Source of the DNA: a virus
Reading direction: 5' to 3' (one strand)
Length of the DNA: 64,000 nucleotides
IMG/VR virus record: IMGVR_UViG_3300038428_000280
Coordinates: 1-64,000 of that record
The translations under genes were made by a program, and so were the position numbers. Position 1 is the first letter of the stretch, and every line of letters begins with the position of its first letter. Below, in pieces: positions 1-9,426 of the stretch. The notes beneath the pieces were generated by a model. The model saw nothing but the letters and a program-made list of their open reading frames with translations. It ran no database searches and had not been told where the DNA came from.

Positions 1-421
1 CACTAAATTCTTCCCCAACAAAAAGTTCATGGGTATTTGGAATATTCCAATCTTCGTCATTAATACTTCCTTGCTTATTTTTTGTGTCTTGTTTGCGCCA
101 TTGAATTGGTATATAAAATTCATTGGGTAATTCGGTGTAACGAGCAGACACTTCATTTAAGTTTTGCATTCGATGCCTTACATACTGACGCATGACGAAT
201 ATTGGAAGTTTAATATTCACCGTAAGTTTTACCATTTCAAACGGAGAAGTATGCTTATTTTTCCAAAGGTAGTTTATGAGCTTTTGATCTTGTTCCTTAC
301 CTTTGGATGGAGATTTGTAGGAAATTCTAGCAGCTTCGCAGATTCTTTCATCAGAACCCATGTGGTCTATGTATCTTACATAGCCGTGGTCCAAAACATT
401 GACGGTGGTTCCTTTTTCCAT
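1..421 (-). CDS. thyX: Flavin-dependent thymidylate synthase ThyX (5' part; runs off window edge)
   Basis: Absent from ORF track. Manual translation gives MEKGTTVNVLDHGYVRYIDHMGSDERICEAARISY...HTSPFE...PIFVMRQYVRHRMQNLNEVSARY, with the ThyX RHR-x7-S-x-RY signature. Confidence 0.93.
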   Translation of the reverse strand, partial: MEKGTTVNVLDHGYVRYIDHMGSDERICEAARISYKSPSKGKEQDQKLINYLWKNKHTSPFEMVKLTVNIKLPIFVMRQYVRHRMQNLNEVSARYTELPNEFYIPIQWRKQDTKNKQGSINDEDWNIPNTHELFVGEEFS

Positions 422-427
422 TATTGA

Positions 428-456
428 ATTGTATCATCTACAATTCGGTTCGTCAA
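428..456 (-). promoter_or_regulatory. sigma70-type promoter, probably leaderless thyX mRNA
   Basis: TTGACG-17nt-TACAAT with extended -10 TG; ATG 6 nt downstream. Confidence 0.7.
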
Positions 457-457
457 T

Positions 458-661
458 TTATTCTAATTCTTTGGTTTCAAAGTAAACGTCTAGGAGATAC
501 ATCAAATCTTCTCCATTATCTCCGTCACCGCCACATTTAAAACAAAATGAATCACCGTTCTTGAAATCTAAATCGGCAATAAACTTGTAAAGTTCAATGG
601 ATTTTGGATGGTGTGGAATACCTTGTTCCCACCTTTTATTTATGTCTGTTTCTGCTGCCAT
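458..661 (-). CDS. Hypothetical protein
   Basis: 67-aa ORF packed in the operon; FKCGGDGDNGE motif. Confidence 0.65.
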   Translation of the reverse strand: MAAETDINKRWEQGIPHHPKSIELYKFIADLDFKNGDSFCFKCGGDGDNGEDLMYLLDVYFETKELE

Positions 662-1269
662 TTTTTAAGCCTTTTTAATTGTTTTTGAAAAGCCTTGAAT
701 TCGTTCCTCCATTTGGAATCCTCAAATTGCCATTCGGTTTGCCACACATGCTTTCGTCTTTTATCGTAATTCTCTAAATTGAATACTTCATCGGCTACTT
801 TTTTGCTGATAAATTTGCGAACAAATTCATCCAATGGTAACTTTTCTTTTTCTGCTGCAAGATATATCTCTCCAACAAGATGATGACATTCACGAAAAGA
901 CTGTGCAGGTGCTAGATAACGCCGTTTAAGGTCTGCATACTTATCTGACAAGTCATCGTTATCTTCTTCCATGTTAAGTATTTTATGCCACCTTGCTAAT
1001 TGCTTTTTAACTTGTTTTGTTCCCGGCGCTCCGACTATGTTTCTTCTTTCCATCGCCTTTTTCAAATCAAATACATCATAAACATCGGGACCAATGTATT
1101 TGTTGACAGATTGAAATTCTGCTAATGTGAGTTTATTGATTGGTTTACCAAGTTTTTCGGCCAATTCCAAACATTTTTTAGTTACATAATATGCTACCCT
1201 AAAAGATGTAGGAGGCGTATCCCTTGATATATCTCTAATTTTCCATACGGCCATAACATTTTCACTCAT
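640..1269 (-). CDS. Protein of two argininosuccinate lyase C-terminal-like domains (no catalytic core)
   Basis: SFRVAYYVT..LELAEKLGKPINKLTLAEFQ...DVYDVFDL..AMERRNIVGAPGTKQVKKQLARW and a second SFRECHHLVGEI..AAEKEKLPL copy resemble the ArgH C-terminal PFRxAHxxVG domain. Confidence 0.7.
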   Translation of the reverse strand: MSENVMAVWKIRDISRDTPPTSFRVAYYVTKKCLELAEKLGKPINKLTLAEFQSVNKYIGPDVYDVFDLKKAMERRNIVGAPGTKQVKKQLARWHKILNMEEDNDDLSDKYADLKRRYLAPAQSFRECHHLVGEIYLAAEKEKLPLDEFVRKFISKKVADEVFNLENYDKRRKHVWQTEWQFEDSKWRNEFKAFQKQLKRLKKWQQKQT

Positions 1270-1450
1270 ATTTTAAAAATCCTTTTCCTTTGCAGGTTGG
1301 ACATATTCTTTTAGTGATACTATTATCCTCAACATCATCATCCATTTCATCTAATAATGCAAGTGGCAACCCAACCGTTAAAAGCAAACTCATAGGGTCA
1401 AATATAACCCTTCTACCTTTACATCTAGGGCATATATAGCAATCACTCAT
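1262..1450 (-). CDS. Small DnaJ-type zinc finger protein
   Basis: CPRCKGRR and CPTCKGKG motifs. Confidence 0.65.
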   Translation of the reverse strand: MSDCYICPRCKGRRVIFDPMSLLLTVGLPLALLDEMDDDVEDNSITKRICPTCKGKGFLKYE

Positions 1451-2228
1451 ATTTTGGAATTATGTTAAGTAATTGTTCTTTGCTTTCAGTAAATTTCCAA
1501 GCCGGTTTGGATACCCAATGGGTTCTTTCAAAATCCACACAAGTCGTTGGACTAACTGCTGTCTCCAAATATTTTTCTTTTACAATCAATCTACCGAATT
1601 TCAATAATGGAATGATGTTTTCCCAATCGTATGAACCCCAACCACCATATTCTTTTAACATTTGAATCATTTCAATGGTTGATTTACCTTGCAGTTCTTT
1701 ATGAGAAAACACAGATTGAGCCAACATTGATATGCTGTTACGAGCACAATCCTGATTTCTCCAAATGAAGTAATTCATAACTTCAATTCGGTCAGGAATA
1801 GTGAACACACGGGCATCAAAATAGGCCAACTTAAAATCTGCCATTGTAGGTTGTGTTTCATAGTGTCTCATTCTTCTTAGATGATTAAACTCAGCAGTTA
1901 TGATTGAAGCTGACACCGAAGCCATTTTCTGAATATTTCCGTCAAACCAAGCAGAAGTGGTGGGTAGAGCAAAGTCTGTCACCAATACCGAGATTTCATC
2001 AGACTGGGTGTAGGCGAACACTGCCCCCTGTATATGGGGTAGCATAGCAATAATTGCACTGTCTATATCAGTAGATAAGTCGGTATCAAAAGGTTTCTGT
2101 AATCTTCTTGTGTAAGTATGAAACGCTTTACCGTCAAGTCTGATGATGGTATAAGTGCGTCTAGGAACAAAGTATCTTGTCCTATCCTCATATTGACTTT
2201 TCATCCGTTCGCCGAGTTCATCCTTCAT
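1443..2228 (-). CDS. tRNA(His) guanylyltransferase Thg1-like protein (3'-5' polymerase)
   Basis: RMKSQYE, IIRLDGKAFH, YTQSDEIS, FDARVF and WRNQDCARNS motifs. Confidence 0.92.
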   Translation of the reverse strand: MKDELGERMKSQYEDRTRYFVPRRTYTIIRLDGKAFHTYTRRLQKPFDTDLSTDIDSAIIAMLPHIQGAVFAYTQSDEISVLVTDFALPTTSAWFDGNIQKMASVSASIITAEFNHLRRMRHYETQPTMADFKLAYFDARVFTIPDRIEVMNYFIWRNQDCARNSISMLAQSVFSHKELQGKSTIEMIQMLKEYGGWGSYDWENIIPLLKFGRLIVKEKYLETAVSPTTCVDFERTHWVSKPAWKFTESKEQLLNIIPKYE

Positions 2229-2379
2229 AAAATGATTCTCTTTCTTTCCAATATTTTTTCAATGCTTCCATACCGCCATTCCACATTATATCAGCTTCTT
2301 CTTCCGTTAAACTCGTACAAAATACACAAGGCGCATTTGTATGACAAGTGCAACCTATTTTTTTTAATTCTTCGGTCAT
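2218..2379 (-). CDS. Small Cys-rich protein (53 aa, below ORF track cutoff)
   Basis: MTEELKKIGCTCHTNAPCVFC...; fills the gap between adjacent genes. Confidence 0.6.
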   Translation of the reverse strand: MTEELKKIGCTCHTNAPCVFCTSLTEEEADIMWNGGMEALKKYWKERESFYEG

Positions 2380-2382
2380 ACG

Positions 2383-3360
2383 TTATTTCATCCACCACTC
2401 AAATATACTTTTCTTTCCTTTTGACAGGGTGAGCGGTTTTCCGTATTCATTTTTGAAACAATCAAATGCGTTGATAGCTCTGCTCAACAGCGGTTCTTTA
2501 AGACACAATTCATCACACAACATCATATTTTTGTAACCAATGTCATACAACCATGCTAGTTCACTGAAATCAGCACAAGAAGGAACTGCATCAGTAATTG
2601 TTGATAACAATATTCTTGACCCCACAATGGCGTTGGGGTCATGTTGAATGATTGTTTTCACTGCCTTGAGGATTTCATGTGGTTTTTCAAGTTCCACATA
2701 CAAATCACCACGAGCTGCCACAAGATTGAGCGTTGGTTTCTTTACAAATTCCTTCTCAACGTATGCCAATCCTTTTTTATTTTCAATTTTCAAATTAATG
2801 ATACAATCTTTACCAACAAGACTGATAAATTCATCAACATCTTTCCTACATTCCACATAAGAAAGATAATAGTTTTTGAAACCAGCTTTCTTTACTTTTT
2901 CAATTTTTTGTAATTCCAATTCTGTAAACTGTTCACCACCAACAATTAAGCTTTCATCCCTAATGTGGATGGATTCACCATCTTTGACGTTGTATTTTGG
3001 TCCACCAAGAAACTTCAAACGAAATCCGTCTTCCGAAACTTCGTGTAACAACGCCACATCCGCACCGGCTTTAAATAACACAGGCGTTGGCGTATCAACC
3101 GTGATTGGATGGTTAAGCCTAATATCCAAATAATTGTCGTTTGGAATGACTTCCGTAATCCGAAGTTGGCGCCCCTTAACGTCAAAGAAAAGAGGCGTCT
3201 TGATTTTCATTGAATTAATCTTCGTCAGTTCTTCTTCCAATTCAGGATTGCTCATCATCGCCGAATTGAGTCGGATGGATGCAATTCTTGGGTCCGTCGA
3301 AAACCTTTTGAAGTGAGGAAATGACGGCCACAAAGTTACTGACAAATTAATGTCGGTCAT
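2383..3360 (-). CDS. Pyruvate kinase-like protein (barrel and B domain, no C-terminal domain)
   Basis: IRLNS, DVKGRQLRI, LSYVE, KIENKKG, ARGDLYVE and MLCDE motifs. Confidence 0.8.
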   Translation of the reverse strand: MTDINLSVTLWPSFPHFKRFSTDPRIASIRLNSAMMSNPELEEELTKINSMKIKTPLFFDVKGRQLRITEVIPNDNYLDIRLNHPITVDTPTPVLFKAGADVALLHEVSEDGFRLKFLGGPKYNVKDGESIHIRDESLIVGGEQFTELELQKIEKVKKAGFKNYYLSYVECRKDVDEFISLVGKDCIINLKIENKKGLAYVEKEFVKKPTLNLVAARGDLYVELEKPHEILKAVKTIIQHDPNAIVGSRILLSTITDAVPSCADFSELAWLYDIGYKNMMLCDELCLKEPLLSRAINAFDCFKNEYGKPLTLSKGKKSIFEWWMK

Positions 3361-3584
3361 AATATGTTAAGCGGAGATTTCTTTACACGGCCCACCAACT
3401 CATTTCCAATAGAATAACGGAATTCTTCGTCATCATCACATGTTATTTTAACTCCATGAATGGGTTTCAATTTTTCTTTTATCTTATTGACAGCTTTCCT
3501 AAAAGAAGCAGCTTTAATGCCGGTTGGAACAACCGCCATTGTAACAGTTCCATTGAAGTGCTGTTCCAATAAAATAAAAATCAT
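3357..3584 (-). CDS. Hypothetical protein
   Basis: ATGA-overlapped ORF. Confidence 0.6.
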   Translation of the reverse strand: MIFILLEQHFNGTVTMAVVPTGIKAASFRKAVNKIKEKLKPIHGVKITCDDDEEFRYSIGNELVGRVKKSPLNIL

Positions 3585-3585
3585 A

Positions 3586-4590
3586 TTATATCAAAGGTTT
3601 TACAGCAACAGATTTTGCTGATGATTTATCAGTCAGTTTTCTCATTACGGATTTACCCGTATGAGCCGACCGGGCTGCGTCGGGAATTTTATGAATGGTG
3701 CAAAGAGATTTGTAAACCATATCCACTTTATTAACACCATCCTTGTCTTTCAACTGTCTGTCTTCCAACTCCTGCTCAAAGTAAGCAATGCGTCCGGTCT
3801 CCTTGGCAAGAATACCAAAAATAACGTCAACCACACGTTCAGCCTTTGGCAGATTGGAAATATGATCTTCACCAAGAAGTTTTGCCCATGCAGCAGTGAT
3901 TCTTTTATCATCATCACTCAAAGAATTTCCGGAGGAACTTCCATAAGCTTTTCTGATAAGATATACGGAGTATTTATCCCTCAATTTTTTGAACACCGCT
4001 TCTGTGGTCAGAGTTTTTTGAATATTAATACTCAAAAGATGCTTGGCATGGTCGGGGTCAATAGTATCGTAGGGTTGTTCATCACCAATAAAAATTATTA
4101 TCGGTTTGATAGCCTTCGGAATATCAACTCGTTCATTGGCATATAGAGCAGCCAATTCATAGGTTTCGGTTGTCTGCCCACCGCCACCACCTTCTATAAC
4201 CAACTCTTTCAAGCGGTCTTTCAGTTTAAGACCTTTGGCAAAAGGACGAACCTGTAGAGGATATTTTTCATTACAATAGGCGTCACCAATGGCCATAAAA
4301 GCGATTTCAAAATCCTCACCCAAGTATTCCTTGCCTTCGTTCTCAAGGTAGGGAAGCTTTGAGAAAATGGTTGCCGGCCAATCGCCCATCGAACCTGTTT
4401 CGTCAATGACGATGATAAGGGGCGCAGAACTGTCTGTGGAAATGCGGTCAGGAATCAAATCCTTTGTTGCCTTTCCCGCCGATACGGCGTCATCATAACT
4501 TCTTCCAACATACGCATCGTATGTTCTGCGTGCGCTTGAAAAATCGTGGCCTGCCCACGGACCCGGACTATAATCACCTGATTCTGACAT
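3586..4590 (-). CDS. vWA domain protein
   Basis: MIDAS DETGSMG, GGGGGQTTETYELA and IFIGDE motifs; SD AGGA upstream. Confidence 0.82.
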   Translation of the reverse strand: MSESGDYSPGPWAGHDFSSARRTYDAYVGRSYDDAVSAGKATKDLIPDRISTDSSAPLIIVIDETGSMGDWPATIFSKLPYLENEGKEYLGEDFEIAFMAIGDAYCNEKYPLQVRPFAKGLKLKDRLKELVIEGGGGGQTTETYELAALYANERVDIPKAIKPIIIFIGDEQPYDTIDPDHAKHLLSINIQKTLTTEAVFKKLRDKYSVYLIRKAYGSSSGNSLSDDDKRITAAWAKLLGEDHISNLPKAERVVDVIFGILAKETGRIAYFEQELEDRQLKDKDGVNKVDMVYKSLCTIHKIPDAARSAHTGKSVMRKLTDKSSAKSVAVKPLI

Positions 4591-4617
4591 ATGTTTCCTT
4601 TTTGTTTATTTGTTAAA

Positions 4618-5160
4618 TTAATTGTTTAAAGCTTTCTTAATGACTGCATCAGCAACTTTCTGATAAACATTGGCTAATGCGTCATAAATTGCGGTCAAAG
4701 TGTCACCAGCAATATTCCAAATGAGACTCCACGGCCAATATGCAACCCAACCAATCAAACGTGATTTGTGTTCGTTGGGTTGAAGTTTCTTTTTATAATA
4801 CGCTTGTGGAGTAAGGGGTATTTCTTTACCATCCCTGTATTCATAACGTTCATTGGCCTCTTTGTATGGGTGTGTGGCAATGTATTCACGACAATATTTA
4901 AACCATCTGAATACAGACCACGCACCGCCAATTAAAACGTAAGCAGCAGCACAAATTAACACCAACTGCCAACAAGTGGCGGCTAGAACTATGCTCTTCC
5001 AAAAGAGGATAACACCAAGAATGGTGGCAAAAATGGAGAAGCCGTAGGTGTCACATTCAGTGGCTACGGTGTAAATGATAGAGAGGGTTAAAAGGCCAAG
5101 GAAAAATCCCAAGGCCGGGAACATGAAGAATCCGAGAATTGCTGTTAGTAATGCTTCCAT
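4618..5160 (-). CDS. Membrane protein
   Basis: Three to four hydrophobic segments; WVAYWPWS motif. Confidence 0.75.
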   Translation of the reverse strand: MEALLTAILGFFMFPALGFFLGLLTLSIIYTVATECDTYGFSIFATILGVILFWKSIVLAATCWQLVLICAAAYVLIGGAWSVFRWFKYCREYIATHPYKEANERYEYRDGKEIPLTPQAYYKKKLQPNEHKSRLIGWVAYWPWSLIWNIAGDTLTAIYDALANVYQKVADAVIKKALNN

Positions 5161-5191
5161 ATATGTTTAGTTTTCTGTTGTTTGTTGATTT

Positions 5192-5728
5192 TTATGATTT
5201 GACTGAATAGGTATTGTTAAAAATTTTCTTTCTTACCACCCAAACATCGGTTGGGTCGGAAGGATTTTGGCAAATAAAGTCACCAATCATACCCCATTGA
5301 GTATTCTTTCCAAACGGAGTGGTTTCACCCCAAAGACCAATAATGAAAAACTCCCATGCCTTATACATTTCATTATCAGGTGGTTTTACTGCATAACTTA
5401 CATCGTCATTTAATATTTGATTTGTAACTTCAAAACAATTTACAGCATTGTCAGGTCTTGGTTCACATATCATCCAACCGTCATTATCAATAGCAACAAC
5501 ATTATATTTTTGGAGAAGTTTCTTGGGCATTTGCTGCCAACAATCCATAGATTCTCCAATGCAAATAACTGACCCGTCTCCAAGGGGTTCTTTCCCTTCC
5601 AATGTGTCCACCAAAAATTTGCTGGTCACACTTCTATCAACCAACAAATTAATCAAAGGTTTTGCCTTGATGGATTTGGTTTTTGTGGCGACTTTCCAAT
5701 TATTGATTTTATTTGTGTCTATTCTCAT
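5192..5728 (-). CDS. PGDYG-like hypothetical protein
   Basis: Start moved to ATG 5728 (ATGA overlap). TLEG and GDFI..DVWVVRKKIFNNTY motifs. Confidence 0.6.
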   Translation of the reverse strand: MRIDTNKINNWKVATKTKSIKAKPLINLLVDRSVTSKFLVDTLEGKEPLGDGSVICIGESMDCWQQMPKKLLQKYNVVAIDNDGWMICEPRPDNAVNCFEVTNQILNDDVSYAVKPPDNEMYKAWEFFIIGLWGETTPFGKNTQWGMIGDFICQNPSDPTDVWVVRKKIFNNTYSVKS

Positions 5729-5901
5729 ATTCGCCTTAATGCGATTAAAATTATTGCTCCAATAAAATAAGCAGCTACATTGTGAAATACAAAAGCTCCT
5801 ATAACCGCTATCAAAAGAAGAGCCGCCACCGACCACCAATACCTTGTCATAATATCAAGGTTATCAAAGTATTGATTAAAAGAGTGAATGAGATTTTTCA
5901 T
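5725..5901 (-). CDS. Small membrane protein (58 aa)
   Basis: MKNLIHS...WWSVAALLLIAVIGAFVFHNVAAYFIGAIILIALRRI; two TM segments; ATGA overlap. Confidence 0.65.
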   Translation of the reverse strand: MKNLIHSFNQYFDNLDIMTRYWWSVAALLLIAVIGAFVFHNVAAYFIGAIILIALRRI

Positions 5902-5912
5902 GAGCTATTTTA

Positions 5913-6149
5913 TTAAATCAATCCGTTTAAGTGTAAAATTTCACATGGGTCACAAACTGTTTTTGGTGTGCACGTATAAGATTCCGGTAATGTATCCGTA
6001 GGTTCTCCACAGAATTTACAATAGAAATACATGGGTGAACCAGCATATAATGATGCGTTGTCAATTTGTTTTTTCTTGGAATTTGCCTTTTTTCTTTTAC
6101 TGAATTGCTTCATGGCAACTTTCAAATCAATATTCATAGTATTACTCAT
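5913..6149 (-). CDS. Zinc-ribbon hypothetical protein
   Basis: CKFC and CDPC motifs. Confidence 0.65.
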   Translation of the reverse strand: MSNTMNIDLKVAMKQFSKRKKANSKKKQIDNASLYAGSPMYFYCKFCGEPTDTLPESYTCTPKTVCDPCEILHLNGLI

Positions 6150-6150
6150 A

Positions 6151-7173
6151 TTAAATTCCTGTTATTGGTTTTAAATTGGAACGTCTGCGTCCAAATGCTT
6201 TTTCCCTAGCAGCAACGAATATGTCAACAACATCATCCTTTGGATATTGTGGGCGGTTATCAACACTGCGAGCAATCATTTTTTTGATAAAGTCGCAAAT
6301 TTCATCGGGAACATCAGTCGGAACAACCTTTCTTTCAACATAATCTGTTCCGCCTGAAAGAGCAAACACCATCGTCATTCCGATGGAATAGTAATCAGAT
6401 TCAGGTATAAGTGGTTTTCCTGAAACGGCTTCGGGTGCTGCGAAGAAAGGTGTATAACCTTTTGCTTCCGATTTACTTGTGGGTTTTACCATTGACAAAC
6501 CATAATCCACCAATACTGCCATGTGTTTGTCGGGTTGAACAATGACGTTTTGTGGTTTAATATCGCCGTGAACAACACCATTGCGGTGAAGATACATACA
6601 AGCATTCAAAATTCTTTCAGAAATCCAAGCAACGTGTTCGGGGTCAATTCTTCCAATTTTTGTCACCAATTGCTCAAGCGTTGGACCGGGAATGTAACTC
6701 ATTATTAGCAACACTCTACCGTCATCCATCTTGATTAAATCTCTCATTGCCGGGATGGCATAATGTCTTAAATCCCAAGTGGTTTTACATTCGTCAATCA
6801 ACATTTGGGTGTCTTGAAGAGAAACGTTTGAACAATCTTTAATACAAACCAATTCCCCAAGAATTGAATGTTCAGCCTTGTAGGTTCTTCCAAATCCACC
6901 TTCAGCAATTACACTCAAAAGCTTGTACGGGCCAATCATTTTACCAAGACCAACATTTTCACGATCATGGTCATAATTTGACCTTTTGGTTGGGTCGGAT
7001 AAAACATCAAAAGCTTCGTTTACGTCACGTGCGGTTAATCCTGTCGCACTTGCGCCCATGTCAGGATGATAAACTTTCATCAAACTATGATATGCCGCAG
7101 TAATGACTTCCGGCCTTGCTCTTGGATTTACCTCAAGCACAGCGTAGAAGTCTTTAAGTTTTGGGCCTTTCAT
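6151..7173 (-). CDS. J-domain / Ser-Thr protein kinase fusion
   Basis: N-terminal DFYAVLEV..YHPD..VNEAFDVLSDPTKRSNYD; kinase motifs EGGFGRTY, HGDIKPQN, DYG, APE. Confidence 0.9.
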   Translation of the reverse strand: MKGPKLKDFYAVLEVNPRARPEVITAAYHSLMKVYHPDMGASATGLTARDVNEAFDVLSDPTKRSNYDHDRENVGLGKMIGPYKLLSVIAEGGFGRTYKAEHSILGELVCIKDCSNVSLQDTQMLIDECKTTWDLRHYAIPAMRDLIKMDDGRVLLIMSYIPGPTLEQLVTKIGRIDPEHVAWISERILNACMYLHRNGVVHGDIKPQNVIVQPDKHMAVLVDYGLSMVKPTSKSEAKGYTPFFAAPEAVSGKPLIPESDYYSIGMTMVFALSGGTDYVERKVVPTDVPDEICDFIKKMIARSVDNRPQYPKDDVVDIFVAAREKAFGRRRSNLKPITGI

Positions 7174-7175
7174 TA

Positions 7176-7316
7176 TTATTCAAGTTCAGATATAAGATTT
7201 TCGAGAACCGAACCATTCCATTCACAAAAAGCATTAAGTAACATCAGGATGAAGGGAACAACTGTTATTACCGAGAAGACTATGATGATTAGGATTCCTG
7301 CGTGTTTAGCTTTCAT
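7176..7316 (-). CDS. Small membrane protein (46 aa)
   Basis: MKAKHAGILIIIVFSVITVVPFILMLL...; fills the intergenic gap. Confidence 0.55.
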   Translation of the reverse strand: MKAKHAGILIIIVFSVITVVPFILMLLNAFCEWNGSVLENLISELE

Positions 7317-7614
7317 GTTGTTCCAAATATTCGATTATCACGTTTCCATGACAGAGCAACGGTGCGCACCAGCAACCAAGTATTTGCCCTTTCAATGATA
7401 ACACTTTATCATGGAATTCAGGGTTTGTCAAGCGTTTATAAAAATCCTTTCTATATTCGCTTACACAATCTTTCCTATCGTGAACTCGATTGCAGATGTT
7501 ACAGTAACCAATTGGGTGAGGGTTTCCAAAAATTGTCCGGCGGTCAATCAAAACATCGTATTTTGGTCTTGGTTGGCCTTTCTTTTTTCGGATGTTAACC
7601 AAGGTTGTCGTCAT
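7306..7614 (-). CDS. DUF4326-like protein
   Basis: YDVLIDRRTIFGNP and LKGQILGCWCAPLLCHGNVI motifs. Confidence 0.82.
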   Translation of the reverse strand: MTTTLVNIRKKKGQPRPKYDVLIDRRTIFGNPHPIGYCNICNRVHDRKDCVSEYRKDFYKRLTNPEFHDKVLSLKGQILGCWCAPLLCHGNVIIEYLEQHES

Positions 7615-7852
7615 ATAATCCTAATTCTCCTTGAACTTTTTTTATGGTAAGAATTTTGTCAGGACATTGTTCTTTAACTTTCCTACAAATTTTCAATAAA
7701 TGTTCTCTTACCCAAGGTTTTTCTTCCATAAATTCTTTAAGTGATTCTATGATGGCATCATGTGGATTGACTCTATCAAGAAACAAATAAACAGCAAACT
7801 CACACGAGTTATAAATTTTTTCATCGGTTGTCATAATTTTCGTAATTGCCAT
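7595..7852 (-). CDS. Hypothetical protein
   Basis: Operon-packed ORF; the start may be the downstream ATG. Confidence 0.55.
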   Translation of the reverse strand: MAITKIMTTDEKIYNSCEFAVYLFLDRVNPHDAIIESLKEFMEEKPWVREHLLKICRKVKEQCPDKILTIKKVQGELGLYDDNLG

Positions 7853-8303
7853 GCCAAATATATTTTTGAGAATTTACCTTACCTACTTTATGCCATTGTT
7901 TCATGGTTTCTATCATAAATTCATTGGCATCCAATTCCCAAGGAAGGGTTAAATAAGTTTCGTAACGTTTCATGAAAAGATTTCCTATATGATTCCAATC
8001 CATAAAGTGTTCATCAACCTCTTCATCTTCTAATTTTCCATAATATTTTTCAAAATCAAAATTAAACATATCAGTAATATACTGATAATAATGACGTATT
8101 TCATGAAATAACACTCTTATCGTTTCTGATTCATCCAAATGCTGGTCAATTTTAATTGTATTTGGATATTGAAAATTACCATTTTCAATTAGTAAAACAC
8201 AAAAAGTAACTTTAAGGTCATACCCTTCAAGTTTTAATACATCTTCCAAACACCACCTAATAATATGGTCGTATTGCGGGAGATTGGAAGATAGACATTT
8301 CAC
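7821..8303 (-). CDS. Zincin-like HExxH metallopeptidase
   Basis: VLFHEIRHYYQ and PWELDAN motifs. Confidence 0.72.
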   Translation of the reverse strand: MKCLSSNLPQYDHIIRWCLEDVLKLEGYDLKVTFCVLLIENGNFQYPNTIKIDQHLDESETIRVLFHEIRHYYQYITDMFNFDFEKYYGKLEDEEVDEHFMDWNHIGNLFMKRYETYLTLPWELDANEFMIETMKQWHKVGKVNSQKYIWHGNYENYDNR

Positions 8304-8305
8304 AA

Positions 8306-8503
8306 TTAAAATGGCGTTGATATTAATTTGTTTGATTTAACGGGAAAACACATGAAGGGATAATCATCATAGATGTGTTCTATTTTTGGATAAATGATAT
8401 ATTCATCTGATGCCGCGCAATAACCCACCACACCCCCCTCCCCCTTTCCAAATCTTTCATCGTCAAATTGAACGATTTCGCCTTGTTCAAATTTATAGCT
8501 CAT
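8306..8503 (-). CDS. Small hypothetical protein (paralog of 12137..12370)
   Basis: GEIVQFD..GKGEGGVVG..YPFMC. Confidence 0.6.
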   Translation of the reverse strand: MSYKFEQGEIVQFDDERFGKGEGGVVGYCAASDEYIIYPKIEHIYDDYPFMCFPVKSNKLISTPF

Positions 8504-8904
8504 TTTGTATCTTCGAAAGCATTACCGACAATTTCAAAATATACTTCAGCAGCACCCAAGCCGGTTTCTTTGTGCGTCTTTAAGTTGTGGATTAAATAAG
8601 CAGCATTAGGAATATCATATCTAACAACCCCCTCAAATATATTATCGGGGAATTTTGCATCTATCTGTCTTACAATATCCCCTTCATAAATTTCCTTACC
8701 ATTTTTATCTTTTAGGCCTGTGTATTGTTGAACAATCATGTAATCCAATTCTTTAGTTTCACATGGATTTCCAAACAATCCATTATAATAGACCATAAAT
8801 TTTCCATTTGGAGTAATGTAATAATATCCCCACTCACCCCCATTTAGATTCAAAAATGAATTAGATGATGTATTCCAAACTCTAAACTTTATTTCTCTAT
8901 TCAT
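8500..8904 (-). CDS. YopX family protein
   Basis: MNREIKFRVW, QQYTGLKDKNGKEIYEGDIV and EIVGN motifs; start moved to ATG 8904. Confidence 0.88.
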   Translation of the reverse strand: MNREIKFRVWNTSSNSFLNLNGGEWGYYYITPNGKFMVYYNGLFGNPCETKELDYMIVQQYTGLKDKNGKEIYEGDIVRQIDAKFPDNIFEGVVRYDIPNAAYLIHNLKTHKETGLGAAEVYFEIVGNAFEDTK

Positions 8905-9425
8905 TTTACTTTCTCCAACCAATCTTTTCCTACCCAAAAACCATAGGGTAATTTGTAAATGTAAAGATATTCTTTTAATTTACGAAAGCCCTCAATTTTA
9001 ACAACCGACCCCTTTGGGATATATGTTTCCATATAATCATCCTTTACATCATACAGAAGTTTGACTTTTTGACCGATTTCAAAATCGCGCCTGTCGGATT
9101 TTGGTGCATTGTGTTCATGCATTGATTTTATCACCTTTAATTTTTCATGATAAACAACGCACATCACATTTAACAAATGACTTTTAACTTCTTCCGGCAA
9201 ATTTGAATCTTGGACTTGAGCCAATTTTTTCTCTTTGTGTAATGCCATTAAAGAAGCCAAGCCTGCATATCTATGATTCCAAGCATACACAAAATCCAAC
9301 AAATCTCTTGCATATTTGTGATAATAACGACTCACTTTTGGAATGAGTCTTGGATAGTGATTTTCCAAAATGTCAGCTAAATTTTCACTAGCTTTGCTTC
9401 CACCAAATGTATGAGGGTCAACCAT
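8901..9425 (-). CDS. Hypothetical protein
   Basis: 174-aa operon-packed ORF. Confidence 0.65.
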   Translation of the reverse strand: MVDPHTFGGSKASENLADILENHYPRLIPKVSRYYHKYARDLLDFVYAWNHRYAGLASLMALHKEKKLAQVQDSNLPEEVKSHLLNVMCVVYHEKLKVIKSMHEHNAPKSDRRDFEIGQKVKLLYDVKDDYMETYIPKGSVVKIEGFRKLKEYLYIYKLPYGFWVGKDWLEKVK

Positions 9426-9426
9426 A

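Noticed and set aside
164-427. Plus-strand 87-aa ORF
   Set aside because: Antisense shadow of thyX.
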